Shown here piece by piece: positions 63,917 through 64,000 of a stretch of DNA of 64,000 nucleotides (positions within the stretch are counted from its first letter, which is position 1; each line of letters opens with the position of its first letter). This DNA is from a virus (lineage: Duplodnaviria; Heunggongvirae; Uroviricota; Caudoviricetes), in the IMG/VR virus record IMGVR_UViG_3300043466_002831, positions 57,364 to 121,363 of that record; one strand, written 5' to 3'. The position numbers and the translations under genes were made by a program. Under the pieces are notes generated by a model. The model saw only the letters and a list, made by a program, of their open reading frames with translations. It did no database searches and had not been told where the DNA came from.

Positions 63917-64000
63917 TTATTTTTCGATAATCATGTTTGTGGTTGGGATTCCAAGTCTCATCACAGGAATTGCCGAATTGGTATCCATGTCCTGTTTTTG
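63917..64000 (-). CDS. hypothetical protein, partial (C-terminal end only)
   Basis: Minus-strand open frame running to the window end, with a stop near 63917. Confidence 0.25.
   Translation of the reverse strand, partial: QKQDMDTNSAIPVMRLGIPTTNMIIEK

Noticed and set aside
1-64000. CRISPR array or tRNA/rRNA genes
   Set aside because: No regularly spaced direct repeats with unique spacers, and no rRNA-like or convincing tRNA-like segments, were seen.

Overview
This window is AT-rich (about one third GC), densely packed with small genes, and reads as a segment of a large virulent phage of a Bacteroidota (Flavobacteriia-like) host. Four things support that: rho-independent terminators with a stereotyped CCCCAC-loop-GTGGGG stem followed by a T-run; Bacteroidota-type -7 promoter boxes (TAnnTTTG) placed exactly 4 nt upstream of ATG, which implies leaderless mRNAs; two encoded proteins carrying type IX secretion system (T9SS) C-terminal sorting domains; and phage-typical auxiliary genes. 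Those auxiliary genes are T4 RnlA-like RNA ligase, ThyA, a HAD phosphatase, metallophosphoesterases, cyclophilin, a lytic transglycosylase, an ECF-type sigma factor, and GIY-YIG and HNH homing endonucleases. The most striking feature is a greatly expanded gene family of at least 27 genes whose only common element is an N-terminal motif (M-K-Y-I-I-T-E-S-Q-x-x-x-[LI]-[IL] and variants). This motif is fused to unrelated C-termini, including the sigma factor, the lytic transglycosylase and a putative metallopeptidase. A second notable feature is a non-coding stretch of about 3 kb (20.8-23.8 kb). It contains GC-rich nested hairpins with UUCG/UACG loops that look like a structured RNA, repeated short motifs, palindromes and two 45-bp direct repeats, and it lies next to an HNH endonuclease gene bracketed by a 75-bp direct repeat. 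Functional calls beyond recognisable motifs are tentative, and no tRNA, rRNA or CRISPR array could be supported by eye.
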